NCBI GenBank assembly: GCA_051530055.1
Contig: CM121341.1
Span: 2,072,615 to 2,136,614, forward strand
Direction: 5' to 3'
Source: Neoechinorhynchus agilis
Lineage: Eukaryota; Animalia; Acanthocephala
DNA: 64,000 nt
How positions within the stretch are numbered: position 1 is the first letter of the stretch; each line of letters begins with the position of its first letter. The position numbers and the translations under genes are program-made. Of the stretch, positions 1-12,715 are shown piece after piece. Under the pieces are notes generated by a model. That model had not been told where the DNA came from, made no database searches, and saw only the letters and a program-made list of their open reading frames with translations.

Positions 1-3000
1 ATTTGGCGAAAACGAGTTTATTTAAGACAATGAAGCCATCGAGATGACGATACACTAAAATTCGTTTATAAAGTGTTAAAATAAGCACTTTTGCTCAACG
101 AACTTCTTGTGTAAAATATATCCTTGCTGTTCACTTTAATGACGGAACAACGAAGATCTTTTTCTTAAGTTAATATTCTACTCTAAGATACGAACGGGGT
201 CAAATTCTATCTTTCGTTGTTCTGCTCTTATGTGTCTTTTATTTGGCGAAAACGAGTCTATTTAAGACAATGTAGCCATCGAGATGGCGATATACCTACC
301 TGTTTATAAAGTGCAAAAATAAGCACTTTTGCTAAACGAACTTCTTGTGTAAAATATATCCGTGTTGTTCACTTTAATGACGGAACAACGAAGATCTTTT
401 TCTTAAGTTAATATTCTACTCTAAGATACGAACGCAAAATAAATTCCCATCTTCGTTGATCTGCTCTTATGCGTCTTTTATTTGGCGAAAACGAGTTTAT
501 TTAAGACAATGAAGCCATCGAGATGACGATACACTAAAATTCGTTTATAAAGTGCTAAAATAAGCACTTTTGCTAAACGAACTTCTTGTGTAAAATATAT
601 CCTTGCTGTTCACTTTGATTCATGAAGATCTTTTTCAAGTTAAAAAACTACTCTAAGATACGAACGCAAATAAATTCCTCATCTTCGTTGTTCTGCTCTT
701 ATGCGTCTTTTATTTGGCGAAAACGAGTTTATTTAAGACAATGAAGCCATCGAGATGGCGATACACCCAAATTCGTTTATAAAGTGCTAAAATAAGCACT
801 TTTGCTAAACGAACTTCTTGTGAAAAATATATCCGTGTTGTTCACTTTAATGACGGAACAACGAAGATCTTTTTCTTAAGTTAATATTCTACTCTAAGAT
901 ACCAACGCAAAATAAATTCCCATCTTCGTTGTTCTGTTCTTATGCGTCTTTTATTTGGCGAAAACGAGTTTATTTAAGACAATGAAGCCATCGAGATGGC
1001 GATACACCCAAATTCGTTTATAAAGTGCAAAAATGAACACTTTTGCTAAACGAACTTCTTGTGTAAAATATATCCTTGCTGTTCACTTTGATGACGGAAC
1101 AACGGAGATCTTTTTCTTAAGTTAATATTCTACTCTAAGATACGAACGCAAAATAAATTCCCATCTTCGTTGTTCTGCTCTTATGCGTCTTTTATTTGGC
1201 GAAAACGAGTTTATTTAAGACAATGTAGCCATCGAGATGACGATAAACCCAAATTCGTTTATAAAGTGCAAAAATAAGCACTTTTGCTAAACGAACTTCT
1301 TGTGTAAAATATATCCGTGTTGTTCACTTTAATGACGGAACAACGAAGATCTTTTTCTTAAGTTAATATTCTACTCTAAGATACGAACGCAAAATAAATT
1401 CCCATCTTGGTTGTTCTGCTCTTATGCGTCTTTTATTTGGCGAAAACGAGTTTATTTAAGACAATGAAGCCATCGAGATGGCGATACACTGAAATTCGTT
1501 TATAAAGTGCTAAAATAATCACTTTTGCTAAACGAACTTCTTGTGTAAAATATATCCGTGTTGTTCACTTTAATGACGGAACAACGAAGATCTTTTTCTT
1601 AAGTTAATATTCTACTCTAAGATACGAAAGCAAAATAAATTCCCATCTTCGTTGTTCTGCTCTTATGCGTGTTTTATTTGGCGAAAACGAGTTTATTTAA
1701 GACAATGTAGCCATCGAGATGGCGATACACCCAAATTCGTTTATAAAGTGCTAAAATAAGCACTTTTGCTAAACGAACTTCTTGTGTAAAATATATCCGT
1801 GTTGTTCACTTTAATGACGGAACAACGAAGATCTTTTTCTTAAGTTAATATTCTACTCTAAGATACGAACGCAAATTAAATTCCCATCTTCGTTGTTCTG
1901 CTCTTATGCGTCTTTTATTTGGCGAAAACGAGTTTATTTAAGACAATGAAGCCATCGAGATGGCGATACACCCAAATTCGTTTATAAAGTGCAAAAATGA
2001 ACACTTTTGCTAAACGAACTTCTTGTGTAAAATATATCCGTGTTGTTCACTTTAATGACGGAACAACGAAGATCTTTTTCTTAAGTTAATATTCTAAGAT
2101 ACCAACGCAAAATAAATTCCCATCTTCGTTGTTCTGCTCTTATGCGTCTTTTATTTGGCGAAAACGAGTTTATTTAAGACAATGAAGCCATCGAGATGAC
2201 GATAAACCTACCTGTTTATAAAGTGCTAAAATAAGCACTTTTGCTAAACGAACTTCTGTGTAAATATATCCGTGTTGTTCACTTTAATGACGGAACAACG
2301 GGAGATCTTTTTCTTAAGTTAATATTCACTCTAAGATACGAACGCAAAATAAATTCCCATCTTCGTTGTTCTGCTCTTATGCGTCTTTTATTTTGCGAAA
2401 ACGAGTTTATTTAAGACAATGTAGCCATCGAGATGACGATGAACCCAAATTCGTTTATAAAGTGCTAAAATAAGCACTTTTGCTAAACGAACTTCTTGTG
2501 TAAAATATATCCTTGCTGTTCACTTTAATGACGGAACAACGAAGATCTTTTTCTTAAGTTAATATTCTACTCTAAGATACGAACGCAAAATAAATTCCCA
2601 TCTTCGTAGTTCTGCTCTTATGCGTCTTTTATTTGGCGAAAACGAGTTTATTTGAGACAATGTAGCCATCGAGATGGCGATAATCCCAAATTCGTTTATA
2701 AAGTGCAAAAATGAACACTTTTGCTAAACGAACTTCTTGTGAAAAATATATCCGCGTTGTTCACTTTAATGACGGAACAACGAAGATCTTTTTCTTAAGT
2801 TAACATTCTACTCTAAGATACCAACGCAAAATAAATTCCCATCTTCGTTGTTCTGCTCTTATTTGGCGAAAACGAGTTTATTTAAGACAATGTTGCCATC
2901 GAGATGGCGATACACCCAAATTCGTTTATAAAGTGCAAAAATAAGCACTTTTGCTAAACGAACTTCTTGTGTAAAATATATCCGTGTTGTTCACTTTAAT

Positions 3001-5817
3001 GACGGAACAACGAAGATCTTTTTCTTAAGTTAATATTCTACTCTAAGATACGAACGCAAAATAAATTCCAATCTTCGTAGTTCTGCTCTTACGCGTCTTT
3101 TATTTGGCGAAAACGAGTTTATTTAAGACAATGTAGCCATCGAGATGACGATACACCAAAATTCGTTTATAAAGTGCTAAAATAAGCACTTTTGCTAAAC
3201 GAATTTCTTGTGTAAAATATATCCTTGCTGTTCACTTTGATGACGGAACAACGGAGATCTTTTTCTTAAGTTAATATTCTACTCTAAGATACGAAAGCAA
3301 AATAAATTCCCATCTTCGTTGTTCTGCTCTTATGCGTCTTTTATTTGGCGAAAACGAGTTTATTTAAGACAATGAAGCCATCGAGCTGGCGATACACCCA
3401 AATTCGTTTATAAAGTGCAAAAATAAACACTTTTGCTAAACGAACTTCTTTTGTAAAATATATCCGTGTTGTTCACTTTAATGACGGAACAACGAAGATC
3501 TTTTTCTTAAGTTAATATTCTACTCGAAGATACGAACGCAAAATAAATTCCCATCTTCGTTGTTCTGCTCTTATGCGTCTTTTATTTGGCGAGAACGAGT
3601 TTATTTAAGACAATGAAGCCATCGAGATGACGATAAACCCAAATTCCGGTTGTTTATAAAGTGCAAAATAAGCACTTTTGCTAAACGAACTTCTTGTGTA
3701 AAATATATCCGTGCTATTCAATTTAATGACGGTACAACGAAGATCTTTTTTTATAAGTTAATATTCTACTCTAAGATACCAACGCAAAATAAATTCCCAT
3801 CTTCGTTGTTCTGCTCTTAGTCGTCTTTTATTTTGTGAAAACGAGTTTATTTAAGACAATGTAGCCATCGAGGTGGCGATAATCCCAAATTCGTTTATAA
3901 AGTGCAAAAATAAGCACAGTTGCTAAACGAACTTCTTGTGTAAAATATATCCGTGTTGTTCACTTTAATGACGGAACAACGAAGATCTTTTTCTTAAGTT
4001 AATATTCTACTCTAAGATACGAACGCAAAATAAATTCCCATCTTCGTTGTTCTGCTCTTATGCGTCTTTTATTTGGCGAAAACGAGTTTATTTAAGACAA
4101 TGTAGCCATCGAGATGACGATAAACCCAAATTCGTTTATAAAGTGCTAAAATAAGCACTTTTGCTAAACGAACTTCTTGTGTAAAATATATCCGTGTTGT
4201 TCACTTTAATGACGGAACAACGGAGATCTTTTTCTTAAGTTAATATTCTACTCTAAGATACCAACGCAAAATAAATTCCCATCTTCGTTGTTCTGCTCTT
4301 ATGCGTGTTTTATTTGGCGAAAACGAGTTTATTTAAGACAATGTAGCCATCGAGATGGCGATACACCCAAATTCGTTTATAAAGTGCTAAAATAAGCACT
4401 TTTGCTAAACGAACTTCTTATGTAAAATATATCCTTGCTGTTCACTTTAATGACGGAACAACGGAGATCTTTTTCTTAAGTTAATATTCTACTCTAAGAT
4501 ACGAACGCAAATAAATTCCCATCTTCGTTGTTCTGCTCTTATGCGTCTTTTATTTGGCGAAAACGAGTTTATTTAAGACAATGAAGCCATCGAGATGACG
4601 ATGAACCCAAATTCGTTTATAAAGTGCTAAAATAAGCACTTTTGCTAAACGAACTTCTTGTGTAAAATATATCCGTGTTGTTCACTTTAATGACGGAACA
4701 ACGGAGATATTTTTCTTAAGTTAATATTCTACTCTAAGATACGAACGCAAAATAAATTCCAATCTTCGTAGTTCTGCCTTAGTCGTCTTTTATTTGGCGA
4801 AAACGAGTTTATTTAAGACAATGTAGCCATCGAGATGACGATAAACCCAAATTCGTTTATAAAGTGCAAAAATGAACACTTTTGCTAAACGAACTTCTTG
4901 TGTAAAATATATCCTTGCTGTTCACTTTAATGACGCAACAACGGCGATCTTTTTCTTAAGTTAATATTCTACTCTAAGATACGAAAGCAAAATAAATTCC
5001 CATCTTCGTTGTTCTGCTCTTATGCGTCTTTTATTTGGCGAAAAAAGTTTATTTAAGACAATGTAGCCATCGAGATGACGATAAACCCAAATTCGTTTAT
5101 AAAGTGCTAAAATAAGCACTTTTGCTAAACGAATTTCTTGTGTAAAAAATATAACTGCAAGTGATCTACTTTAATGACGGAACAACGGGATCTTTTTCTT
5201 AAGTTAATATTCTACTTGATACCAACGCAAAATAAATTCCCATCTTCGTTGTTCTGCTCTTATGCGTCTTTTATTTGGCGAAAACGAGTTTATTTAAGAC
5301 AATGAAGCCATCGAGATGACGATAAACCCAAATTCGTTTATAAAGTGCAAAAATGAACACTTTTGCTAAACGAACTTCTTGTGTAAAATATATCCGTGTT
5401 GTTCACTTTAATGACGGAACAACGAAGATCTTTTTCTTAAGTTAATATTCTACTCTAAGATACGAACGCAAAATAAATTCCCATCTTCGTAGTTCTGCTC
5501 TTATGCGTCTTTTATTTGGCGAAAACGAGTTTATTTAAGACAATGAAGCCATCGAGATGACGATACACCCAAATTCGTTTATAAAGTGCTAAAATAAGCA
5601 CTTTTGCTAAACGAACTTCTTGTGTAAAATATATCCTTGCTGTTCACTTTAATGACGGAACAACGAAGATCTTTTTCTTAAGTTAATATTCTACTCTAAG
5701 ATACGAACGCAAATTAAATTCCCATCTTCGTTGTTCTGCTCTTAGTCGTCTTTTATTTGGCGAAAACGAGTTTATTTAAGACAATGTAGCCATCGAGATG
5801 ACGATAAACCCAAATTC
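1..5817. repeat. Tandem satellite DNA, ~240-bp monomer, ~24 copies, array continues beyond the window start
   Basis: ATTTGGCGAAAACGAG recurs at 1, 241, 480, 712 and so on to ~5757. Monomers are near-identical with scattered substitutions and small indels. The array ends abruptly near 5817. Confidence 0.97.
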
Positions 5818-7599
5818 GATGTGGAAGAAAGGAAATTCTTTTTGTTAATTTATAGTTTAGGAATGAAGATTTGAAGTTTTTTCTTACGTTTTTGATTCTT
5901 TTAGTGATAGAATCGAGATTTGTTCTAGGCTTCTCATTCTGAATGTATTAGTTTATTGTATTCCGCACATCTTTCAATTTGATGCCTTTGTACGGCTTTT
6001 AAAATTAAAAAGTACCTTTTTCCATTGGTCGTTTATTGATACATAGATTTATTTAAATTCCATCACAAATTAAATTCGCCAGATTAACGATTCGTTCTCG
6101 ATAGCCTCTTTCGAACGTCTGAAATAAAGATAATTCATATTTCGTCGAATTTATTCTTTAATTGAGCGGACGAAGTTCTTTGTGTTAATACTGCCACTTT
6201 TTCTGCTTAAGCAATTTCACAAGAGACATTCACTTTCCAAATTCCTGAAGTCCATATTTTTTGTCTGAATTTTTATAATAACGCAGAAGTGCAATTTAAA
6301 GGTCGATGGAGGCGATAAAGAAAATTTCTGTGTACTAGAACCTTTTTTGTTTAAATATTAATAAAGAAACCTCTTTGTGTCGCTCGTGAATTCTTCGATA
6401 ACAAATTGGATCCTGAGGATCGATATAGAATTACAGTTCTATTCCTTTTTCCCCGAACGTCCGCCAACCTATTCCGATGGGCGTTGAAGCCTTTGAATTT
6501 CCCGATCCATATAGCCGTTTTGAGCGAAATTTATGTTTATCCCCCTAATGATGACCCATGGATAGATGGTTCCTCTTCATTGTTCATTAATAAAACGTGA
6601 TTTTATTAGTTTTATCGTGATTTTAGAGTGCCAGTATTGATTAATCGCGCAATAACCCTTACGCTGGTACGCGTCCTTCTCCGTGATCCACTTTCTTTTC
6701 CCTCTGAAGTAAAGGTCTTACGGCCCAATAGGCGACTTTTTCCTAACTTTTGGCTCTCAGTTTCGATCGGCTCGCCCGTCATACACAAATTATCCTCTAG
6801 TTGCCTAGTGGTCTCTGTTCGTTAATCCTTCCAAAACTCCTGGATCTCAGTGGGATGTCCCAAAATATCACTTGGCTCTTCGGTCTCTCGTCCTCAAGTG
6901 ATCCGCGTAAGCTTTCTTGGTATAGGTCTGGAGGATATTTCTTATTTTCTGCGACGGCGTTCTCTTTATATAAAACGTTTTTACTTTCTTGTCATTTTGA
7001 ACATTTTCTTTCAAACGTTAATTCCTCTTGGTGTTTGTAGCTTTTGATATAAGATAATCAAACAACGTAGGAATTCGTTGATCTAACATCATTTGCGGAA
7101 CTACCCTTGCTAAAACTTTTTCGGCTTTTCACTGTTCCAACGAAACTTTCGTCCAGAAATAACGGGATAGCGAAAAGCAAAACAAATTCTGCTAAGTTCT
7201 GCTTTTCACTGTCCCAACGAAACGTTCTGCTAAACCGTTAGTTCGGGGATGGTAGAAGGAACTTTTACAGGAAAATGCCGTTCATTTTGCAGACCTCCGA
7301 AAATTCTCCGGCTACGAACTGAGGTTCCGGTACTCCCCATCATGCGAACGCTTCTCTGGGACATTGTAGTCTTGACGGCCATCTCGAAAATGTGTCGATT
7401 GCAACTATTGATTGGTCCCGCGAAATCTACATGAACTGCTATTTCTCAAGAGAATAGTGGCACTGCCCTCTTTTCTAGTCTTTTTCGGATGCTTAAATGA
7501 TATAAATTCAAACACGATTTTTCTTGTTCGTTTGTATGTATTAATCACTAAAAACCTTTTTAACGAGCAGCATTGCAAAAAATTTCACCATTTTGTGTT

Positions 7600-7797
7600 G
7601 AAAAGAAGTTGTTCATGCTTTTATATGTGTTATTTGGTGATTATAAAAATACTGTTTTATTAATCTCAATATTTCGTCCGTCTCTTCGGACTTCTTCAGG
7701 TTGTTAGTAATTGACGCTTACGATGTAGTCTATTACTAACTAACAACCCGAAGAAGTTCGACGAGACGGACGAAATATTCAGATCAATCAAACAGTT
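7600..7797. mobile_element. Palindromic hammerhead-bearing mini-element (family A) with 13-bp TSD
   Basis: Inverted arms span 7651-7796. The minus strand reads CTGAAGA-A-GTCC-gaagagac-GGAC-GAAA-TATT (7699 to 7668). The plus arm has a mutated core, CCGAAGA (7748-7754). A perfect direct repeat ACCATTTTGTGTT lies at 7587-7599 and 7798-7810. Confidence 0.85.
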
Positions 7798-7953
7798 ACC
7801 ATTTTGTGTTACGCATCTTTATTATCAGCCTAAACCTCAAGATGTGTTCAGTTTACAAAACAACCATAAATCGTCTGCAGTTGCCACTTCGAAAAAGTCT
7901 CAAATCATTTTTCCAACCTACCGAACATTCGTTCTCGTTGTGTTGTTCAAAAG

Positions 7954-9806
7954 ATGAGAACTTTTGATAAATACGAACCTTTACGGTTTGAAGCACAGTT
8001 CACTGAACTTTCCATGGAATCCAATCCGGTAGCACTTAATTTCAGTCTGTTTATTCCGCCTTCACTCCAACCCCTTGGAATCTACACGGATTTCATGGCT
8101 CGTGTAGCCGAGAAATACGATTGCCGAGTGCTTGTTCCACATCTTCCAGGTTCGCGTCTTTTATCGATTCCCAATCTCCTTTTGTGTGTCTTCGTGTAAT
8201 CCCTTACCATTAAAAATTCATACTAGGTTTCGATGGAAATCATTTGGGCAAAAATAATATCGTTTATGATGGAAATATCGATCAGAGAGCAATGTATTTT
8301 GCAGATTTGATTGGTTTGATTCTTCGGAAAAAGAAGAGAAGGTTAGCTAGAATCACACTATTGTTTGTAGACTCAATAAACCGTTTCAGCCTTGATACTG
8401 TTATTTGTTGTGGTGAAAATGCACTCGCCGGTCTTACGAGTTGTGTGCTTCTTCAACATCTCGAAATTACCATTAAGTGCATCGTACTTATTGACCCAAC
8501 GTTCCGTTGTTTAGTGAGGTAAGCTTTTTTCAACAAGTCATATTTTTACAGTGCCAGTAGTTTTTGAGACTATTTTAGTAAGATGCATTGCTTCCTTCTT
8601 AATATTTCCGTTATGTTACAGTAAATTTTGAGTCGCTCAGATGAATACTTCTGCCGTTATTGTGGAAACTATTCATAATGCTGAATAAAATTATAAATAT
8701 ATTAAAATTAGTTCTTGGATTCCAATAAAAAATGTTTGCCGAAATATTAATAAATTACTTGTTGTATTTAAAAAATTTGACGATTTTGCTGATTTTAGAA
8801 AATCTGATTGTACCAAAAAATTTACATTTATCTAATTTAAAAGCGTTAAAATTACTAAACCCTTTTACCATTATCATTTCGATCGGTTTTTCGTCTAGAG
8901 GATCTCAGCGAAACATGATAGGTCACGCAATGTGTCAGCTGAATTGGATGGAGGATTTTGTCCATCAGCGCTTATTTCCTTTAATAATCAAAGACGAAGG
9001 AGTTCTTGAGACACTCAGAGATGTCCCGCTATCGCATGCTGCAATGATGTTTAGATATTGGCTGCATGGAACAACTTTAGATTTTGAAAAGGTAAGCGCA
9101 TTCTTCAAGTCCGTTTCCCGTCAATTTTGTCATTGTAAACGGTAGTTAGCCAATAGACAAATACTTCCAATAAGGAAACGATTAAACATTGATCAAATAT
9201 TAGAAAATTTCGATTATTTTAAGCGATATTTTGTTGCGAACATCATTTCGTAAATGAAATCGTAGATTTTACAAGGGCGCTTCTTCATTAAAAGTGATCA
9301 CTAATTAATTCTTAATCAAATTTCTGAATAAACTAAACAAATACGAGCAATATTTTTCTTTATTGTTATATTTGACGTTATCATTTCGTGATCGAATATA
9401 TTCATGACGCACTCTTTGGAAATTGGCTCCAATGCGCCATTTTCGATAAATTCACAGATTTTTAACATTTAAAAAGTGATTATACTTAAAAGAGTTGATA
9501 TTGTCGCTAATTTAGTATCGAATCTTCTGCAGCCGTCTATTAAATGAAAACATCGCGACACTATTGGTCGTGAGTAATGGCGACGAATATAATGAAACTG
9601 AAGTTATCGATAACATTGCCAATATTTTGTGCTGTATTGAATCTAAGGACAACAAAGAAGCTTTACGGTCTCGACTGCTACGCTATGACCAAACGCACAG
9701 ACCTCGTCATCAACGATCCAGTCACCTTTTATTGGACCATTCGGACTCTATTATTGCTGAAATTGAACGTCTACATAAATTCACGGAGTTGGAGAATGAC
9801 AAATAA
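7954..9806 (+). CDS. Multi-exon alpha/beta-hydrolase-fold protein, probably non-catalytic; boundaries approximate
   Basis: Spliced reading gives VLVPHLPG|FDG (DLPGxG-like motif), then LDTVICCGENALAG...IKCIVLIDP at the nucleophile-elbow position with no Ser. GT-AG introns can be placed. The ORFs at 8732-9145 and 9564-9806 are probable later exons. Confidence 0.5.
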
Positions 9807-9832
9807 GCAAAATTTTAAATTAATTAACTAAA

Positions 9833-11762
9833 TTAGCTCTCGACAAATTGATGCATTGTTCCATTATAGCTATCGCCATTTCCATAACTATACTGATCCA
9901 CTCCGAATCCTCCGAAATCTGCACCACCCAATACATTCCCTCCAATCTCATGAACTTGATCGCCGGCTTCCACAACTGAGTAAGGCCCAGTTTCCGAAAT
10001 GACAGCATCACCGCTTTCATAGTTCATATTCGCGTTCACCATCCCTAGAACGTTGTTCCCGTCAAATGAAATTGAATTTGCTGAATTTCCAGAATCAAAC
10101 TGCTGTATAATTTCATTTATGGGCATGTAAGATGATTGGTGCACTGCCGAAGCATTCTCATTTATTCCATTGAACGTAGATGCTTCATATCGAAGAGCAG
10201 AAGATTGCAATTGTCCTTTAATATCGTTGTCTGTGATTACATTGAATTGATCATTGGATGATTGAATTCCGGCTCCATTGTCAAATAGTTCACCTTGAAG
10301 ACCGATTTCGTCGTTGATACCTCCGCTAGCGTACTCGCTTCCGTATGAACCTTCGTCAACACTTTTCATGTAGTCATTGAGTACGTTTGAATGATTAGCC
10401 TTTGGTGGTGTCTAAATTAGAGCTCGGGTTTCGAAATGCCGTTTTATTGGCAGAGAAGATGGGAATTTCTATATTTCTTAAAAAGGGTGCTACATTATAG
10501 ATTTAATTATCATTTGACTTCTTCATAATTTGACTAAATTGACTAAAACTGTGCGATAAAGCTAACTTCGATCGATAAGTCTTCATTTCAGATTTAGACT
10601 GTTGAGTTATTATTGTAATGAAAATTCGGATTCATACAGTTAAAATCGCTACACTTTAGATACTTACGATATCCTCAGTTACTCCGACCTGTCTAGCAGC
10701 ATTCACTAGATTCATACTGTCCATTAAGCTTTGCTGGTACCTACTCACATACCAATTTGGATCCATATGTTGTACCGTTTCTTTGACAAATACTCGCTTT
10801 ATGTGTGGTTTTGGTACTTGATAATTCACAATCATATTCTTGGGTGTTTTATATTTGCTGGTCTGAGGAGCCTTTTGATAAATCACATTCCGTTTAGGTA
10901 TTGGTCCGTAAGGGAGCCATCGTTCAATTATAATATCTCTGGGTTTTGGTGGTAAAGGTGGATACCGTTCGATGATAACTTGTCGAGGTGGCGGTGGTAG
11001 AGCTGGAAGGTGTTTTTGAATCACTTTTGGTCCGGTAATTACGGGTAGTGGTGGAGGTTTCTCCCTTAAGATCAAAGGAGGAGGTGTTGGTGGACGTGGT
11101 GGACGTTGTCTTATAATTAGAGGTGGAGCTGGTGGAGCTTGAGGAGCTCGGATTTCTCGGACTATCAATGGACCTGGAGCAGGTGGTGGTGGCGGTTTTA
11201 GAAACTTGATATGGATATTTTGTCGGTATGTTGTAGGACTCGAATTGGCTGGTTTCCTGACGACAATCGGGTTCGAATCATATTGCAATTTGTAGGAACT
11301 TAATGGAAGCACGGCTTTGTTAGATATATCAACTTTAACACTCGCAGAACTTCCTTCATTTCTGGTATTCATCGTTTCATTTTGAGAATATAGTAAACTT
11401 CCATGGTTCATTGTTTCTTCATTAGATTCCTCATTACTGCCGGTGCCTACATAGTTGTTTCCGTCCACAACAGTACTATTGGGTGATTGTCGATATCCAT
11501 TGGAATTGTTGGTGAACGTTTCCAGATTACCGTTTCGGTATATCTTTGAGTAATGCCGATCGGTTGTTTCAATAGCCATGTCATCCAGATTACTTGTATC
11601 ATCTATGACGGAATCCGTAATGGAGGCATAAGCTATGTCGTCGTTCGACCCGATTGCTCCGGCTTGACCGTTAATTTCCATAGTTCTTTTGCTTTCGTCG
11701 AGATCATTGTGAAAATAGGCTGATTGGTCCGACATGGGTGTTAGTGTGGAATTTGCGGACAT
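9833..11762 (-). CDS. Proline-rich repetitive protein (~557 aa, 2 exons; intron 10412-10667)
   Basis: Exon 1 (11762-10668) ends GVTEDI before a GTAAGT donor. Exon 2 (10411-9833) starts TPP in frame. The core is QNIHIKFLKPPPPPAPGPLIVREIRAPQAPPAPPLIIRQ...PRDIIIERWLPYG, which I recall from a multigene family in bdelloid and monogonont rotifers. Confidence 0.85.
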
Positions 11763-12715
11763 GCTGAATGTAGCAAAATGATAGATTGGTTGTAGTATTC
11801 ACGACAATGCTAATTTACCTAACGGTGTTAATAATCTCGTTTTAGTATGAATATAACAAACTCTTCTTCTTATATGTGTATTCAAAGTGCTGTAAAATAT
11901 AAAATGTCATGGATTGCCCTTGCATGTAGTCTAACAATTGTGAACTCAATTCTTTAGCGACCTTTGCCATTCATACACTTTGTTAGTCTCAAAAAAGGTA
12001 AACGAGACATTTGACCGAGCAAAGGTGGGGAGCAAATTTTGAAAATGGGGTCACCATAGTGATAGATGTCGAAAAATAATGGGTTTAGCACAATTGGCGA
12101 TGATTAAGTTTGCTGGGATATTCGCTGCAAAATGCATTGGATTTATTATACGAACTATTTATGCAACCATTAGCATCTTATTTAAACTCGTGTATTGCAT
12201 ACTTTTCCGGATATGGGAGGCTTTCGGCTGGAAATGCAGAAATAGTGACAATGACGACCATCAAAGGTAATGAATGAGCTCTGTGGACAGTGATTTTTTT
12301 GAAAACATCAAAAAAATATCCGAAAAATTAATAGTGGAAACAAATTAGTTTTTGACAGATCTCGCAAAGTTTTCAACTCGATCTTTTTTGTTTCATAACA
12401 TGTTTCATTTTTTCTAGGAATCATGCGACATTCTTAGGAAAATCATACCTATTATACAAATCATTCTCAGTTATGTCATCGATGCATCTAAAAAATGATT
12501 TAAATTCCTAAAAAATAAGTATGCTTGAATTAGAATGAATCCTTAAATATAAATCCATATTTGATTGCTTTTAAACCCTTTAAAATTTTAATAAAAATTA
12601 ACGGGTTTAATTTTCAAAAAGATTTTCTTCGTGTCTATAGAAAAATGTTAATTAACAGTTGCACATTGGAAATTACAATCTAAATAATATATAAACATTT
12701 GCTTTAAAAATTGCA

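Noticed and set aside
1-5817. CRISPR array or ribozyme array
   Set aside because: The whole 240-bp unit repeats, with no unique spacers and no cas genes. No CTGANGA-stem-GAAA arrangement was found on either strand of the monomer.
5880-7440. Coding-like, somewhat GC-richer stretch with several short ORFs
   Set aside because: All frames are interrupted and I recognise no motif. It could be a decayed gene or element, but I cannot support a call.
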